From: a virus
Taxonomy: Duplodnaviria > Caudoviricetes
Direction: 5' to 3' (one strand)
IMG/VR virus record: IMGVR_UViG_3300030616_000028
Location: 1 to 55,412 of that record
DNA length: 55,412 nt
In this document: in pieces, positions 37,571-48,300 of the stretch
How the letters are laid out: the number at the start of each line of letters is the position of its first letter
How positions within the stretch are numbered: the stretch's first letter is position 1
The notes under the pieces: generated by a model
Seen by the model: the letters and a program-made list of their open reading frames with translations, nothing else
The model's database searches: none
Told to the model about the DNA's origin: nothing
Translations under genes and position numbers: made by a program

Positions 37571-38338
37571 ATGGCTCAGAGCAAGAAGACCCCCGAGGCG
37601 AGTGGGGTGAAAGTCTACTGCGCGCACGACAAGGTCGTCGACATCACGACCATCGTCCCGAACCCCCGGAACCCCAACAAGCACCCCGACAACCAGATCG
37701 AGCTGCTCGCCAAGATCATCATGAACCAGGGCTGGCGGAATGCGATCACGGTGTCGACTCGCTCGGGCTTTATCGTTCGCGGTCACGGTCGCTACGAGGC
37801 CGCGAAGCAGATGCAGGTCGACGAGGTTCCCATCGACTTCCAGGACTACGCCTCGGACGCCGAGGAGTGGGCCGACCTCATCGCGGACAACCGCATCGCG
37901 GAGCTATCGAAGATGGACAGCGCCGGCCTCAAGGATCTGCTCAACGAGATCGACACGGGCGACTTCGACATGGACCTCACGGGGTTCGACCACAACTCGC
38001 TCGAGAACCTGATGACGCACGACGGCTACTTCGACGCGAACGACCCCGACGCCGAGTGGGAGGGGATGCCCGAGTGGGGGCAGGAGGACACGCGGCCGCA
38101 CCGCTCGATCATCGTTCACCTGAAGGACGAGCAGGCCGTCGAGGATTTCAAGAAGCTCGTCGGGCAGGACTTCTCGGACGGGGCGAAGTGGATCTTCTGG
38201 CCCGACGTGGACATCGACCACGTGCGAGGAGAGCGGTGGGTGTCCGAGGACGAGTTGCCCGAGGACTACGATCCCGACGCGGAGGGCAGCGAGGAGGAGG
38301 AGGAAACGGCCGACGACGCGGACGACCAGGAGGAGTAG
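37571..38338 (+). CDS. ParB/Srx-like N-terminal domain protein fused to a small EWEGMPE domain
   Basis: PNPRNPNKHP, IVRGHGRYEAA, IADNRIAE; C-terminal EWEGMPEWGQED..IIVH..F..LVGQ..WIFWP. Confidence 0.85.
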   Translation: MAQSKKTPEASGVKVYCAHDKVVDITTIVPNPRNPNKHPDNQIELLAKIIMNQGWRNAITVSTRSGFIVRGHGRYEAAKQMQVDEVPIDFQDYASDAEEWADLIADNRIAELSKMDSAGLKDLLNEIDTGDFDMDLTGFDHNSLENLMTHDGYFDANDPDAEWEGMPEWGQEDTRPHRSIIVHLKDEQAVEDFKKLVGQDFSDGAKWIFWPDVDIDHVRGERWVSEDELPEDYDPDAEGSEEEEETADDADDQEE

Positions 38339-38339
38339 C

Positions 38340-39221
38340 ATGCAGCCTCGCTTCCCGCTCTACATTCCATCGAAGGGACGGCACGAGTACCTCATCACAA
38401 TGAAGGCGCTCGACCGCATGCGCGTCCCCTATCGCGTCGTCGTCGAGCCGCAAGAGGCGGAGGCGTACGCGAAGGCACTCGGCGACGAGAGCAAGGTGCT
38501 CGTGCTCGACATGGAGTACAAGCGCACCTACAAAACGTGCGCTACCGACGGCGACCAGATGAGGACCGGCGCGGGCGCTGCACGGAACTTCATTTGGGAC
38601 CATGCGATCTCCGAAGGTCACGAGTGGCACTGGGTCATGGATGACAACATTCGGAAGTTCTACCGGACGTGGAAGAATCGCCAGGTCGCCCTCGGCGACG
38701 GCACGGGCTTCCGCTTGATGGAGGACTTCTGCCTTCGCTACGAGAACATCGCGATGGCTGGCCCAAACTACTTCATGTTCGTGCCTCGCAAGGTGAAGGT
38801 CGGCCCCGTCGTTTTCAACACGCGGATCTACTCGTGCAACCTCATTCGGAACGACGTCCCGTTCCGCTGGCGCGGGAGGTACAACGAGGACACGATCCTG
38901 TCGCTCGACATGCTGAAGGCGGGGTGGTGCACAGCGCAGTTCAACGCCTTCCTTCAGGAGAAGCTACGCACGCAGTTGGTGAAGGGCGGCAACACGGAGG
39001 AAATCTACGGCGGCGGCACGTTGCCCAAGTCGCAGATGTTGGTCGACCAGCACCCCGACGTCGCGCGCCTCCAGTGGAGGTTCGGGAGGCACCATCACTA
39101 CGTCGACTATCGGCCGTTCAAGAGGAACAAGCTGCGGCGGAAACCAGACGCGGAGATCCCCGAGGGGACGCACGACTACGGCATGCGTCTGGTGCCTCGG
39201 GAAGTAGCGGAGAATCGGTGA
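38340..39221 (+). CDS. GT-A glycosyltransferase, TAGT/GREB1-like phage family
   Basis: YIPSKGR, ARNFIWD, WVMDDNI, NTRIYSC, WRGRYNED, KGGNT. Confidence 0.75.
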   Translation: MQPRFPLYIPSKGRHEYLITMKALDRMRVPYRVVVEPQEAEAYAKALGDESKVLVLDMEYKRTYKTCATDGDQMRTGAGAARNFIWDHAISEGHEWHWVMDDNIRKFYRTWKNRQVALGDGTGFRLMEDFCLRYENIAMAGPNYFMFVPRKVKVGPVVFNTRIYSCNLIRNDVPFRWRGRYNEDTILSLDMLKAGWCTAQFNAFLQEKLRTQLVKGGNTEEIYGGGTLPKSQMLVDQHPDVARLQWRFGRHHHYVDYRPFKRNKLRRKPDAEIPEGTHDYGMRLVPREVAENR

Positions 39222-40834
39222 ACGCGGTAGCCCAGGATGCGGAGGTCGCGCCGAGTCTTTCTCGGCAGTACGCGCCTCCTCGGGGACACCTCCCGAGGAT
39301 CACTCGGGCCTCGTACCTTGAGACCAAATCCCGTTCGAAGCTCATCGAGAGGGCCGAAGCACTACGAAGGCGGCAGATCGAGAAAGCGAGGGAGTCGGCG
39401 TCGGCGTTCATGGAGTACTGCTTCGTCGACGAGGCTGACGGCTCCCCGTACAAGCAGCAGTGGTTCCACGACGAGTGGCACCACGCCTGGGACCGCTACC
39501 AGCGCGTGATGGTCATCGCGCCTCGCGACCACGCGAAGACGAGCAACGTCGTCGGTCGGACCATCTGGGAGCTGGGGAACAATCCGAACCTCCGAGTCAA
39601 GATTGTCTGCGCCTCCGACGGCCGTGCGAAGGAGAGGCTGTTCGAAGTAGACCAGCACATCAGGACGAACCCCCGCGTCCTCGAAGTGTTCCCTCACCTC
39701 CTCCCCGATCCAGACGCACCGTGGAACGCACACCGCCTGGTCCTCCGGCGGACGGCGCGGCACAGAGACGCATCGGTCGAAGCTCTCGGTATCACCTCGA
39801 CGGCAACGGGCGGTCGTGCGGACCTCCTCATCGCGGACGACGTCGTGGACCGCCGCAACGCGCTGTCCTTCCCCGCGCTCCGTGAGCAGATCAAACAGGC
39901 GTGGCGATCGGACTGGACGAACCTCCTCGAGCCGGACTCCCGCGTCTGGTACATCTGCACACTTTGGTCGCCGTCGGACCTCTCGCACGAGCTGATGGAG
40001 AACAAGGCCTATCGGGTCCTTCGGTACGACATCGATGACGACTTCGGCTCCATCTGGCCGGCGAAGTGGAGCGAGTACCATCTCCGCATGCGGTACGAGG
40101 AGATTGGGAGCATCGAATTCAACCGCGCGTTCCGCAACCAGGCCATCGACACGGAGTCGGCGCTCGTGCAGCCAGAGTGGTTCGCCTTCGCGGACCTCCG
40201 CGAGGACAAGCGGTTCGCTGAGATCATCGAGAGCGAGGCGGCGATCTTCCTCACCTCCTACGACCCCGCGGGGACGCCGAACCCGAGGGCGAAGAAGAAC
40301 AACGACCAGGACTTCACGGGCGCTTGCATCGGCGCGGTAGACCGGGAGCAGGGGAACGTCTACATCGTCGACGCATGGCACGAGCGCATGAGCGTCAAGG
40401 CACTCGCGGACAGGATCTTTGCGGAGGCCCAAACCTACCAACCTTGGCAAGCTCTCATCGAGAAGGTGGGACTCGCAACGGTGGACGAGTGGGTCATAAA
40501 CGAGCACCCTGAGATGATGAGCCTCGTGAAGGTAACGAAGCCGCGTGTCTCGAAGCAGATGCGGCTCCTCGGCACGACCCCGTTGCTGGAGAAAGGCAAG
40601 ATCATTTTCTCCTCTCACCTTGACCCGAACGGGGAGCTGTTCGATGGGCGGCGCGGGTCCTTGGTGGACGAGCTGATTGAATTCCCGTTCGGGAAGCACG
40701 ACGACATGGTGGACGCGTTCTCTCAGATGATCGGTGCGGCCCGGGCGCACTTCCTTGACGTGGACGCTGACGGAGGTGAAGATGTACCAGAGATCCACTT
40801 CGGCGACGAGGGCGACGATGAGTACCCGTTCTGA
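39218..40834 (+). CDS. terL: Terminase large subunit
   Basis: Walker A APRDHAKT, TGGRADLLIADD, nuclease SYDPA and HDDMVDA; GTGA overlap with the glycosyltransferase. Confidence 0.93.
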   Translation: MNAVAQDAEVAPSLSRQYAPPRGHLPRITRASYLETKSRSKLIERAEALRRRQIEKARESASAFMEYCFVDEADGSPYKQQWFHDEWHHAWDRYQRVMVIAPRDHAKTSNVVGRTIWELGNNPNLRVKIVCASDGRAKERLFEVDQHIRTNPRVLEVFPHLLPDPDAPWNAHRLVLRRTARHRDASVEALGITSTATGGRADLLIADDVVDRRNALSFPALREQIKQAWRSDWTNLLEPDSRVWYICTLWSPSDLSHELMENKAYRVLRYDIDDDFGSIWPAKWSEYHLRMRYEEIGSIEFNRAFRNQAIDTESALVQPEWFAFADLREDKRFAEIIESEAAIFLTSYDPAGTPNPRAKKNNDQDFTGACIGAVDREQGNVYIVDAWHERMSVKALADRIFAEAQTYQPWQALIEKVGLATVDEWVINEHPEMMSLVKVTKPRVSKQMRLLGTTPLLEKGKIIFSSHLDPNGELFDGRRGSLVDELIEFPFGKHDDMVDAFSQMIGAARAHFLDVDADGGEDVPEIHFGDEGDDEYPF

Positions 40835-41441
40835 GCCAGCGACGCTCGTGGACGTCGACACGGGTTCGGCGTTCCGCAGGCACGAAACAGATGACGCGGT
40901 CATCACGACCGAGGTCATTCCCCACCCGCTGCGACAGCTCTCCGACGCGGCCTTCGTCTCGCTGAAGGAAGTCGAGGTCGGAGTGAACGACGAGGGGTGG
41001 GAGGAGGTGCTCGGGCTGCGGCTCACGATCCCTGGCGGCTGCGAGCTTGACGTAGACCCGGCCGAGCTCGAGCGGGCGCTGGAGGACATCGAGGATTGCG
41101 ACACGGATTGGGAGGACGCGATCACGAAGCGGCCCGATCTGTTCGGGCTGCGGCCACGCGACGACCAGGACGCTCGGTTCGACCTCCTCGTGCCGTGTGT
41201 CCTCAACGACGTGGACCTCCCGGTCGCATCGGTCCTCGTGAGCCTCCGCTCGCTGCGGGAGAACTTCCAGCGGATCGAGATCGGGGACGGGCGCAGCGCG
41301 AAGGTGACCGACAAGGAGAAGCGGCCCCCGTCGACGTGCCGGCACGACATCTCGAAGGGTGGTGAGCGGGGCTGCCGCGGCTGCCTTCGGCGCATGTGGA
41401 TGGTCCGTCACGCGGCACGGGAGGAGCGAGATGAGCAGTAG
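40818..41441 (+). CDS. Hypothetical protein
   Basis: Coupled ORF; CRH..CRGC. Confidence 0.55.
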   Translation: MSTRSEPATLVDVDTGSAFRRHETDDAVITTEVIPHPLRQLSDAAFVSLKEVEVGVNDEGWEEVLGLRLTIPGGCELDVDPAELERALEDIEDCDTDWEDAITKRPDLFGLRPRDDQDARFDLLVPCVLNDVDLPVASVLVSLRSLRENFQRIEIGDGRSAKVTDKEKRPPSTCRHDISKGGERGCRGCLRRMWMVRHAAREERDEQ

Positions 41442-41973
41442 CGAGAAGAAGGCCTCGCCGCCACGCGTGCGGCTTGCGAAGCACATCGACCTGACGAAGG
41501 CGAAGCCGGGGTGTCGGAAGTGCAACGGCCGAGGGATCACGGGCTACCGCCGCGCCGACCTCGGTGACGGAGAGGGAGAGCGGCAGATCCCCATCATCTG
41601 TCGCTGCGTCACGCGGGGAGGAGGAGTCGCGCCAGACGAGCTCGACCGTGTCCTCGCAGAGGCGAAGAAGTACATCGACGACGGGACCTTCCACGAGCAT
41701 GTCCTCGCGGACTTCCACGCGGCCCCGGACGAGCAGAAGCCGCGCATCGTTGCCGCCTTCCTCCGCGACCAGGTCGACGAGCGGAAAGCTCCCGAGTCGA
41801 AGGAGGCGATCGAGAAGGTGCTCGACCTGATGCAGCGGCGCAAGGATTGGCAAGACCTACGAGTGGCCGCGACGCGGATCTTGATGAGGGAGGCGTCGGA
41901 CCCGCTCGCTTCGGATGAGTCGAGGGACCTGGCACAACGCGCGATGGTGAAGGCCCGCGCGAGCATGAACTGA
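41431..41973 (+). CDS. Hypothetical protein with CxxCxGxG finger
   Basis: CRKCNGRG..CRC; GGAGGAG RBS. Confidence 0.6.
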   Translation: MSSSEKKASPPRVRLAKHIDLTKAKPGCRKCNGRGITGYRRADLGDGEGERQIPIICRCVTRGGGVAPDELDRVLAEAKKYIDDGTFHEHVLADFHAAPDEQKPRIVAAFLRDQVDERKAPESKEAIEKVLDLMQRRKDWQDLRVAATRILMREASDPLASDESRDLAQRAMVKARASMN

Positions 41974-41985
41974 GAGGAGAGGCAA

Positions 41986-42303
41986 ATGGCATTCCCCGAG
42001 ATCAGAGTCTACGAGTTTGACGAGAACCCCGCTGGGTCGCTACCGCTCGGAGCAGGGCACGAGCACGACGTCCGGCAGATGTCGGAGAAGGGATACGAGT
42101 TCGAGACTGCTGTCGGCTGCGCGGCGGTCTTCACGCTCGAAGGTTCCGTGAGCGGCAACGTGTGGTCCGCAATCCAGGCTGGCCTCGGCGCCGCCGATGC
42201 CCAGGGAACGATCCCCGCGCACTACAACTACGTCCGCGTCAACGGGACGGCCGCAGGAGTCTTGAACGGCGCACGGCTCCGCATCGCCGGCAAGGTCCTC
42301 TGA
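41986..42303 (+). CDS. Small beta-rich putative virion protein
   Basis: FTLEGSVSGNVW..YNYVRV; precedes portal. Confidence 0.5.
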   Translation: MAFPEIRVYEFDENPAGSLPLGAGHEHDVRQMSEKGYEFETAVGCAAVFTLEGSVSGNVWSAIQAGLGAADAQGTIPAHYNYVRVNGTAAGVLNGARLRIAGKVL

Positions 42304-44252
42304 TGCCGGGAGCCGCGAAAAAGGGCAAGAGTGACCAAGGGCGGGGAGGGGCAGACCTCCGCACGCTCTTGGCCAAGGCAGCGGTGATGACCGGCCGGGA
42401 GATCGACGAGTCGGCCGCACTCGTCGCCATGAATTCGCGCCGCGAGGTCTACGGCAGTGAGGGAGCGGTGGAGCCTCCGTACGACCCCGAGTCGCTCCTC
42501 AACTACATCGAGTTGACCCCGCACCTCGCCCCGAATATCGCGGCCTACCAGACCAACGTCGAGGGCTACGGATACCAGGCGCTCGCCATCGAGTCGTGGA
42601 TGGATGACCTCGACAGTGAGGAGGCGTGGGAGGCCGTCCGCAACGCGCTCCAGATCGAGCGGTGGGCCGAGGAGGAGGAGGCCGCGCTCGAGAGCGGTGA
42701 GGCCGAGAAGCAGGACGAAGCGGAGGGCGAGCCAGACGACACGGAGACCGACCCCGATCTCGACGGGGAGGGAGGCACCCCTGTCGACGACGAAGACGGC
42801 GAGGTGACCGACGAGGAGGTCGAGGCCGTAATCGAGAAGCTGAAGGTCCAACTACGGCGCGAGCAGTTCATATTCGAGGCGTTCTTCAAGAACTGCTGCT
42901 CGACGATGAGCTTTATCAAGCTGCGGCGGATCACGCGCTACGACATCGAGGGCCACGGCTGGGGTGCCTGGGAGATGCTGAACGACGGCTACGGCCGGCT
43001 CAAGCGGCTCAACTACATCCCCGGCTACACGGTGCGCCCGCTGCGTGACGAGGGCGAGCTGGTGGAGGTCACGGAACCCGATCCCGTGACGCCTCTTTCG
43101 GAGGGGCGCGAGGTCACGGTCCACCGTCGCTTCCGCCGCTATGTGCAGATCGTCGGCGACCGCAAGTCGTTCTTCAAGTCGCCGGGAGATCCGCGCGTCA
43201 TCAGCCGCACGACGGGAAAGGTCTACGACTCCATCCAGGAGATGCGCAAGCCGCAGGACCAGGACGGCGAGGGCAAGGATGCGAAGGAGGCGACTGAGCT
43301 GATCTACATCCCTCTGCACGACCCTCGAACGCCGTGTCCTCCTCCGCGATGGATCGGGAACCTGCTCGCCGTGCTAGGCGTACGCGAGGCTGACGAAACC
43401 AATTTCTTCTACCTCGACTCGTCAGCTATCCCTCCGGGCATCCTGTTCGTCGCAGGCGGGAAGGTCCCACGCGACATGAAGGACAGGCTCGAGCAGCGCA
43501 TGACCCAGGAGTTCGGAGGGAGCGAGAACCGGCACAAGATCCTCGTCGTCGAGGCGCACCCCATGAAGGCGGCGAAGAACGACGACCGCACGCTGATGCC
43601 GACGCTCGAATTTGAGTCGCTGCGGGACGCGCACCAGAACGACGCCACCTTCACCAACTACGACGAGCGCAGCGCGGATCGGATCGGTGCATCCTTCCGC
43701 CTTCCTCCGATGCTGCGCGGGTACACGCCGAAGAACCTCAACCGCGCCACCGCGGTCGCTGCCCTGGCCTTCGCCGAGCAGCAGGTCTTCGAGCCAGAGC
43801 GCGAGGACATCGACTGGGTGGTGAACAAGTACATCATGCCGCGCATCGGGGTCGTGCTGCACAAGTTCCGCAGCAACTCACCGCCGACTCGTAGCCCGGA
43901 GGAAATCGCCGAGCTCATCAAGGTCGCGGCGCCGCACGGCGGCTTCCTCCCGCACGAGATCCGCTCGCTGCTCGCGGACGCGCTCAACCGCTCCCTCGCC
44001 AAGGTCGAGGAGGAGTGGTCGCGCTGGCCGATGCCGATGACCCTGGCCGGGATCGGGGAGGGCGGCATGGTCACCCCCGACGAGAGCGACGAGGAGCGCA
44101 CGGCCTCCCTCGCGGAGCTGACGGCTCGGGTCGAGCAGATGCAGACGCGGGTCGAGACGATCCTCACCGAGGAGCTTCGTTCGGCAGGGTTCGACATGGA
44201 CGTCAAGGCCTCGCTCAAGGATCTCGACGAGCTGGAGGTCGAGGATGAGTAG
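42303..44252 (+). CDS. Portal protein (PBSX/XkdE-like)
   Basis: VEPPYDP, GWGAWE..RLNYIP, AIPPGIL, DATF, FRLPP, NRATA, VFEPE. Confidence 0.88.
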   Translation: MPGAAKKGKSDQGRGGADLRTLLAKAAVMTGREIDESAALVAMNSRREVYGSEGAVEPPYDPESLLNYIELTPHLAPNIAAYQTNVEGYGYQALAIESWMDDLDSEEAWEAVRNALQIERWAEEEEAALESGEAEKQDEAEGEPDDTETDPDLDGEGGTPVDDEDGEVTDEEVEAVIEKLKVQLRREQFIFEAFFKNCCSTMSFIKLRRITRYDIEGHGWGAWEMLNDGYGRLKRLNYIPGYTVRPLRDEGELVEVTEPDPVTPLSEGREVTVHRRFRRYVQIVGDRKSFFKSPGDPRVISRTTGKVYDSIQEMRKPQDQDGEGKDAKEATELIYIPLHDPRTPCPPPRWIGNLLAVLGVREADETNFFYLDSSAIPPGILFVAGGKVPRDMKDRLEQRMTQEFGGSENRHKILVVEAHPMKAAKNDDRTLMPTLEFESLRDAHQNDATFTNYDERSADRIGASFRLPPMLRGYTPKNLNRATAVAALAFAEQQVFEPEREDIDWVVNKYIMPRIGVVLHKFRSNSPPTRSPEEIAELIKVAAPHGGFLPHEIRSLLADALNRSLAKVEEEWSRWPMPMTLAGIGEGGMVTPDESDEERTASLAELTARVEQMQTRVETILTEELRSAGFDMDVKASLKDLDELEVEDE

Positions 44253-44490
44253 CGGCCTGTTCAAGACCGACGAGAGCATCGCCGTCGGCTCGTACTGGAT
44301 CAACCTCGCGCTCGACGAGGACGGGACCCCGCACCCGATGCGGCGCGTCCGCGTGGAGTCCATCGACAACACGGGGATCATTCGGGTCGTCTCTGGCATC
44401 AGCGGCCTCGGTGGGATGGAGCGGTACGTCTCGGCCGAGACTCTTCGACGCGAGTACCGCGCCGACCAGGAGGAGAACGATGGCAGGTGA
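44245..44490 (+). CDS. Hypothetical protein
   Basis: Coupled ORF. Confidence 0.5.
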   Translation: MSSGLFKTDESIAVGSYWINLALDEDGTPHPMRRVRVESIDNTGIIRVVSGISGLGGMERYVSAETLRREYRADQEENDGR

Positions 44491-45001
44491 AGCCAACTTT
44501 TTCCCCGACGAGATACCGTCCATCACGGTCCCGTTGCCGTTGCCGATCCCGGTCCCGCGCCAGCCCGACCTCACGGAGTTGACCTTCACCTTCGCGAAGA
44601 TCACGGAGCGGCAGTACGGAGGCGGGGAGGGACCCGACACGATGGCGGCTGCGGAGTACGAGGCGACGTGCGAGGTAGACACGATCCGATCCGGCGTCCT
44701 CGCGAACGTCAAGACCGGGAAGGTGGAAACCGCGCTCGGGCTAATCGTCAACTCGGCCGCGAAGTACGCCGCGCTCATCTACGCCTACCAGAAGCAGGAC
44801 CCACCGCAGCCTGTACCGCCGAACCCCGGCGCGTTCTCTCCGCTCTCCTCCTACGCGCTGACGACGCTCGACGGCACGGCTGCGTACCGTGGTTTCTGTG
44901 CGGGCATCCACTCCCTCGATCCCGACCTCGTCGCGACCGTCGATGTCGAGTTCGGGCCGCTGTGGTCGAAGGGCGGCAGAGGAGGAGGTGAGGAACGATG
45001 A
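44480..45001 (+). CDS. Hypothetical protein
   Basis: AGGAGG RBS. Confidence 0.55.
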   Translation: MAGEANFFPDEIPSITVPLPLPIPVPRQPDLTELTFTFAKITERQYGGGEGPDTMAAAEYEATCEVDTIRSGVLANVKTGKVETALGLIVNSAAKYAALIYAYQKQDPPQPVPPNPGAFSPLSSYALTTLDGTAAYRGFCAGIHSLDPDLVATVDVEFGPLWSKGGRGGGEER

Positions 45002-45363
45002 GTGAGTGGTACGACGGCCCGTACAAGGTGCTCGATGGGGTCGACCAAATGGCTCGTCGTCCGAGGCCTGGTCGCGGGGACATCATCGCGCATCGGAGCG
45101 GCGCTCTCGTCCTCCGTTGCCCCGCGTGCAATGCTCTCCAGTTCACACGCGGCACGGTCTTCAACGCGAAGGAGTCACCGACCATCGACCGCCCGATCCA
45201 TTGCGGCTCGGGACACTGCCAGAAGTGCGGCGTCTGGTTCTCGATCAAGAACGGCCGCGCGCTCCCTGCCAAGGCCCCGGAGAAGACGAAGCTGAAGATC
45301 CCCGAGAAGCTCGCACGCGCCGGTGTGCACGAGGCCCCACCGCGCCCCGAACCAGAGAGCTGA
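44998..45363 (+). CDS. Zn-ribbon hypothetical protein
   Basis: CPAC..HC..CQKCG. Confidence 0.55.
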   Translation: MSEWYDGPYKVLDGVDQMARRPRPGRGDIIAHRSGALVLRCPACNALQFTRGTVFNAKESPTIDRPIHCGSGHCQKCGVWFSIKNGRALPAKAPEKTKLKIPEKLARAGVHEAPPRPEPES

Positions 45364-48300
45364 TGCTCGCGCCGTACTCCACTCCCGCCTCGGGCTTTAT
45401 GTCGCTCGAGCCGATAGCGGACCTCGGGGAGGACGCAGTCGTCGCGCTCTGGCGAGCAGGAGTGCGGAGAGGCTCGCCCCCGGCCCGGGCAGAGGGCCGC
45501 GCACTCCTCATCAACGCTCCTTCGGGGCCGAAAGCGGTCAGGCTTTCACGGAGCAGCCTCCAGGAGGCGCGGAGGGAGGCGGTCAAGGCTCTGCCCTATG
45601 GGGAGGTCATACTGCTCGAAGCTACGGCCAGGGCGAGGTGTACGCTTTTCAGGCGAGTAGAGGTCATCGAGGCTTTCAGACAGGGAGATGAGCCGGCACA
45701 CGCCGAACTCGTTGGGTCATCGGGCCTCATCATCAAGAAGGCCCTCTCGCCCGCGGACCCGGTCGACAACCGCATCATTTCCGAGAGGCTAGCGAGCCAG
45801 CTCCAGCACGCCGAGCGCAAGGTCTTCAAGCCGATGCTCGACGACTACCTGAAGAAGCGGAAGATCGATTGGGGGAGTCTCGACTCGCGCGGGATCAGCA
45901 GGGAGTTGAACGCGGTCCGCACGGACATGCACAAGATGATGGGCGGCGCAGCGACGAAGGCCATGCCGACGTGGAAGACGAGCATCGAGACGACGCTGAA
46001 GGGAGTCCACAAGGCAACGCGCCAGGCAATCCGCGACAACTTCCTTCCGAGCGTCGGGATCTCCCTCGACCAGCCCGACCTCCGCGCGATCCAAGCAGTC
46101 GCGGACCAGAGCGGTTGGTGGATGCGGGACGCTGCCGGGAGGAGGTCTACGACGCTGACGAACCAGGGTCGCGCCATCGTGCAGCAAGGACTCAAGGACG
46201 GCCTCGGGAGGAACGAGATCGGGCGTGCGCTCCAGCGAGGACTTCCGCAGGCGTACCAGCGCATGGGCCAGCACTACTTCAACACGGTCGCGGCCGCGGC
46301 GGTGAACCGCGGGCGGTCGTGGTCGGAGGTGAGCGGCTACATCGAAGTCGGTATCGAGCAGCTCGAGGTGATGGCGGTCATCGACGAGCGCACGACGGAG
46401 ATCTGCCGGTGCCTCGATGGGACCATCGTCGAGACGCGCGTAGTCAGCCAGCAGCTCGTAGGAGCTATGAACGTCGCGGACCCCGAGGACATCAGGACCG
46501 CTGCGCCGTTCCTCAAGGAGGTCGTGAACCCCAACACGGGGGTCAAGAGTATCGTCTCGGCAGGGAGCGGCGCGAAGATCGCAGACGTAGTGAGGAGCGG
46601 CTACGGACGCGCCGATGACCGCGGGCAATTCAACTCGTACCTTCAGAACAAGGACCTCGCCCAGCAGAACATCGGGGTGCCTCCGTACCACCATCTCTGT
46701 CGGTCGTGGACCGTGCCGATCAGCTCGACGGTCTCCGTGCCGAGGGGACAGGTGCCGAGAGCGATGGGGCCAGGCACACCGCCGAGGATCGGAGGACCGC
46801 CGAAGCCGCCCAAGGCACCGAAGCGGCCGAAGCCTCTCACCCCGCTTCCCTCGACGCCGCAGACGGGGTTGGCTCCGTCGCGACCGATCCAGGGTGTCCC
46901 CCGAGGGACGCCGAGCAACCCTGCCCTGGTCGGGCGCGAGCCGGACCCAGATCTGTACCCGTTCCCTGCGGACTTCCTCGAGGCCCAAGCACCGCCTGGA
47001 ATGGTGTCTCAGCTACGCTCTGGGAGGACGACGTTGAAGCAGGGCGACGTTGCGCTGTTCCGTCCCTACCAGACGGACGCTGCGACCGCGAGAATACGCG
47101 CGAGCTCGAAGTCATGGATGCGGGTATCGGAACCACCCGGAGGGTATGCTCGGCTCGTCCGCGAGGGGAGGCTGTACGACAACATCTCGAAGCAGCTGAA
47201 GGTCGTGACCAACGACGTCGGCGTCGCGCTCAACGTCAAGGTGGCGAACTCGGAGTTGATGCGCGAAGTGGTCCTCGCCGAGGCGAAGGTCGCTGGCGGC
47301 GTCCGCGTCTACAACGTGCGAGAGCTACAGCTCAACAAGCAGCGATTCTTGCGGTTCGATCACAACAAGAAACGGGCCGCGAAGTCGGGCCTCGATAAGC
47401 TCCGTCGCGCGAAGACGCCGAAGGACATCGAGGCGGCGTTCCAGCAGCTTGAGAAAAAGGGATTCATGAGGCGCAGCGACAAGCCCGACCTCTGGTTGGG
47501 CGGGTCCTCTCCGCAGCCACTGGCGAGGCCTAAACCGAAGCCGCGCGTCGAGCCGAAGCCGAAGCCCAAACCGAAGCCGAAGCCGAAGCCCAAACCCTAC
47601 GAGCCGACCGTGCGCCCGAAGCCGAAGCCGACGACTACGGAGATCACACCGACAGGGCGGGTCGTAGCTCCGAAACCGAAGCCTCGCTCTCCGGCTGTCT
47701 CTCCCGCGGAGACGAAGCCCGGACTCCCTCCTGGGGTGAAGGCCAAGGACTATTCGGAATACGGCCTCGTCGAGGGAGAGCACCTAATCAAGCAGGTGTC
47801 GAAGCGCATCGAGATCGAGACGGCAAAGCTCGAGGAGTACATGGCCGCGCAGCGGGTGAAGATGGGGCGCGAGCTGACGAGGAAGGAAAAAGGCAAGGCC
47901 ATCAAGTCGTACTTCCGCGAGCAGCTTGGGAAGGACGCCACGCTGGCTGACGCCCAGCTCATCAGGCGGCAGACGCGAAGGCTATCGAGGCGCGACGCCG
48001 ACGCAGCGCGCAACCGCGCGTACCACGAGGTCAGGAGCGACAAGCACCCCTCGCTCCGTGATTATGTGAAGCCTGCCGAGTTTGAGATCATCGAGGGGCA
48101 AGAGTCGGTGAAGCTCTGGCAGAACGCGCTCGAATTCTACAGCCCTCGCGTACAGGCTGCACTACTCGAACAGAAGCTCCCGACGATCGTCACGCGGAGA
48201 GTCGCTGCGACCAGGAATGCCGGGGCGACGAACTTCGGTAGCGGAGGCCTCATCCAGATCGCCGGGAAGACGATCCGGCAGATGGAGCACCTCGCCAAGC

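Noticed and set aside
37571-38338. ParABS plasmid-prophage partition system
   Set aside because: No ParA and no HTH after the ParB domain; context matches terminase-linked ParB-like proteins
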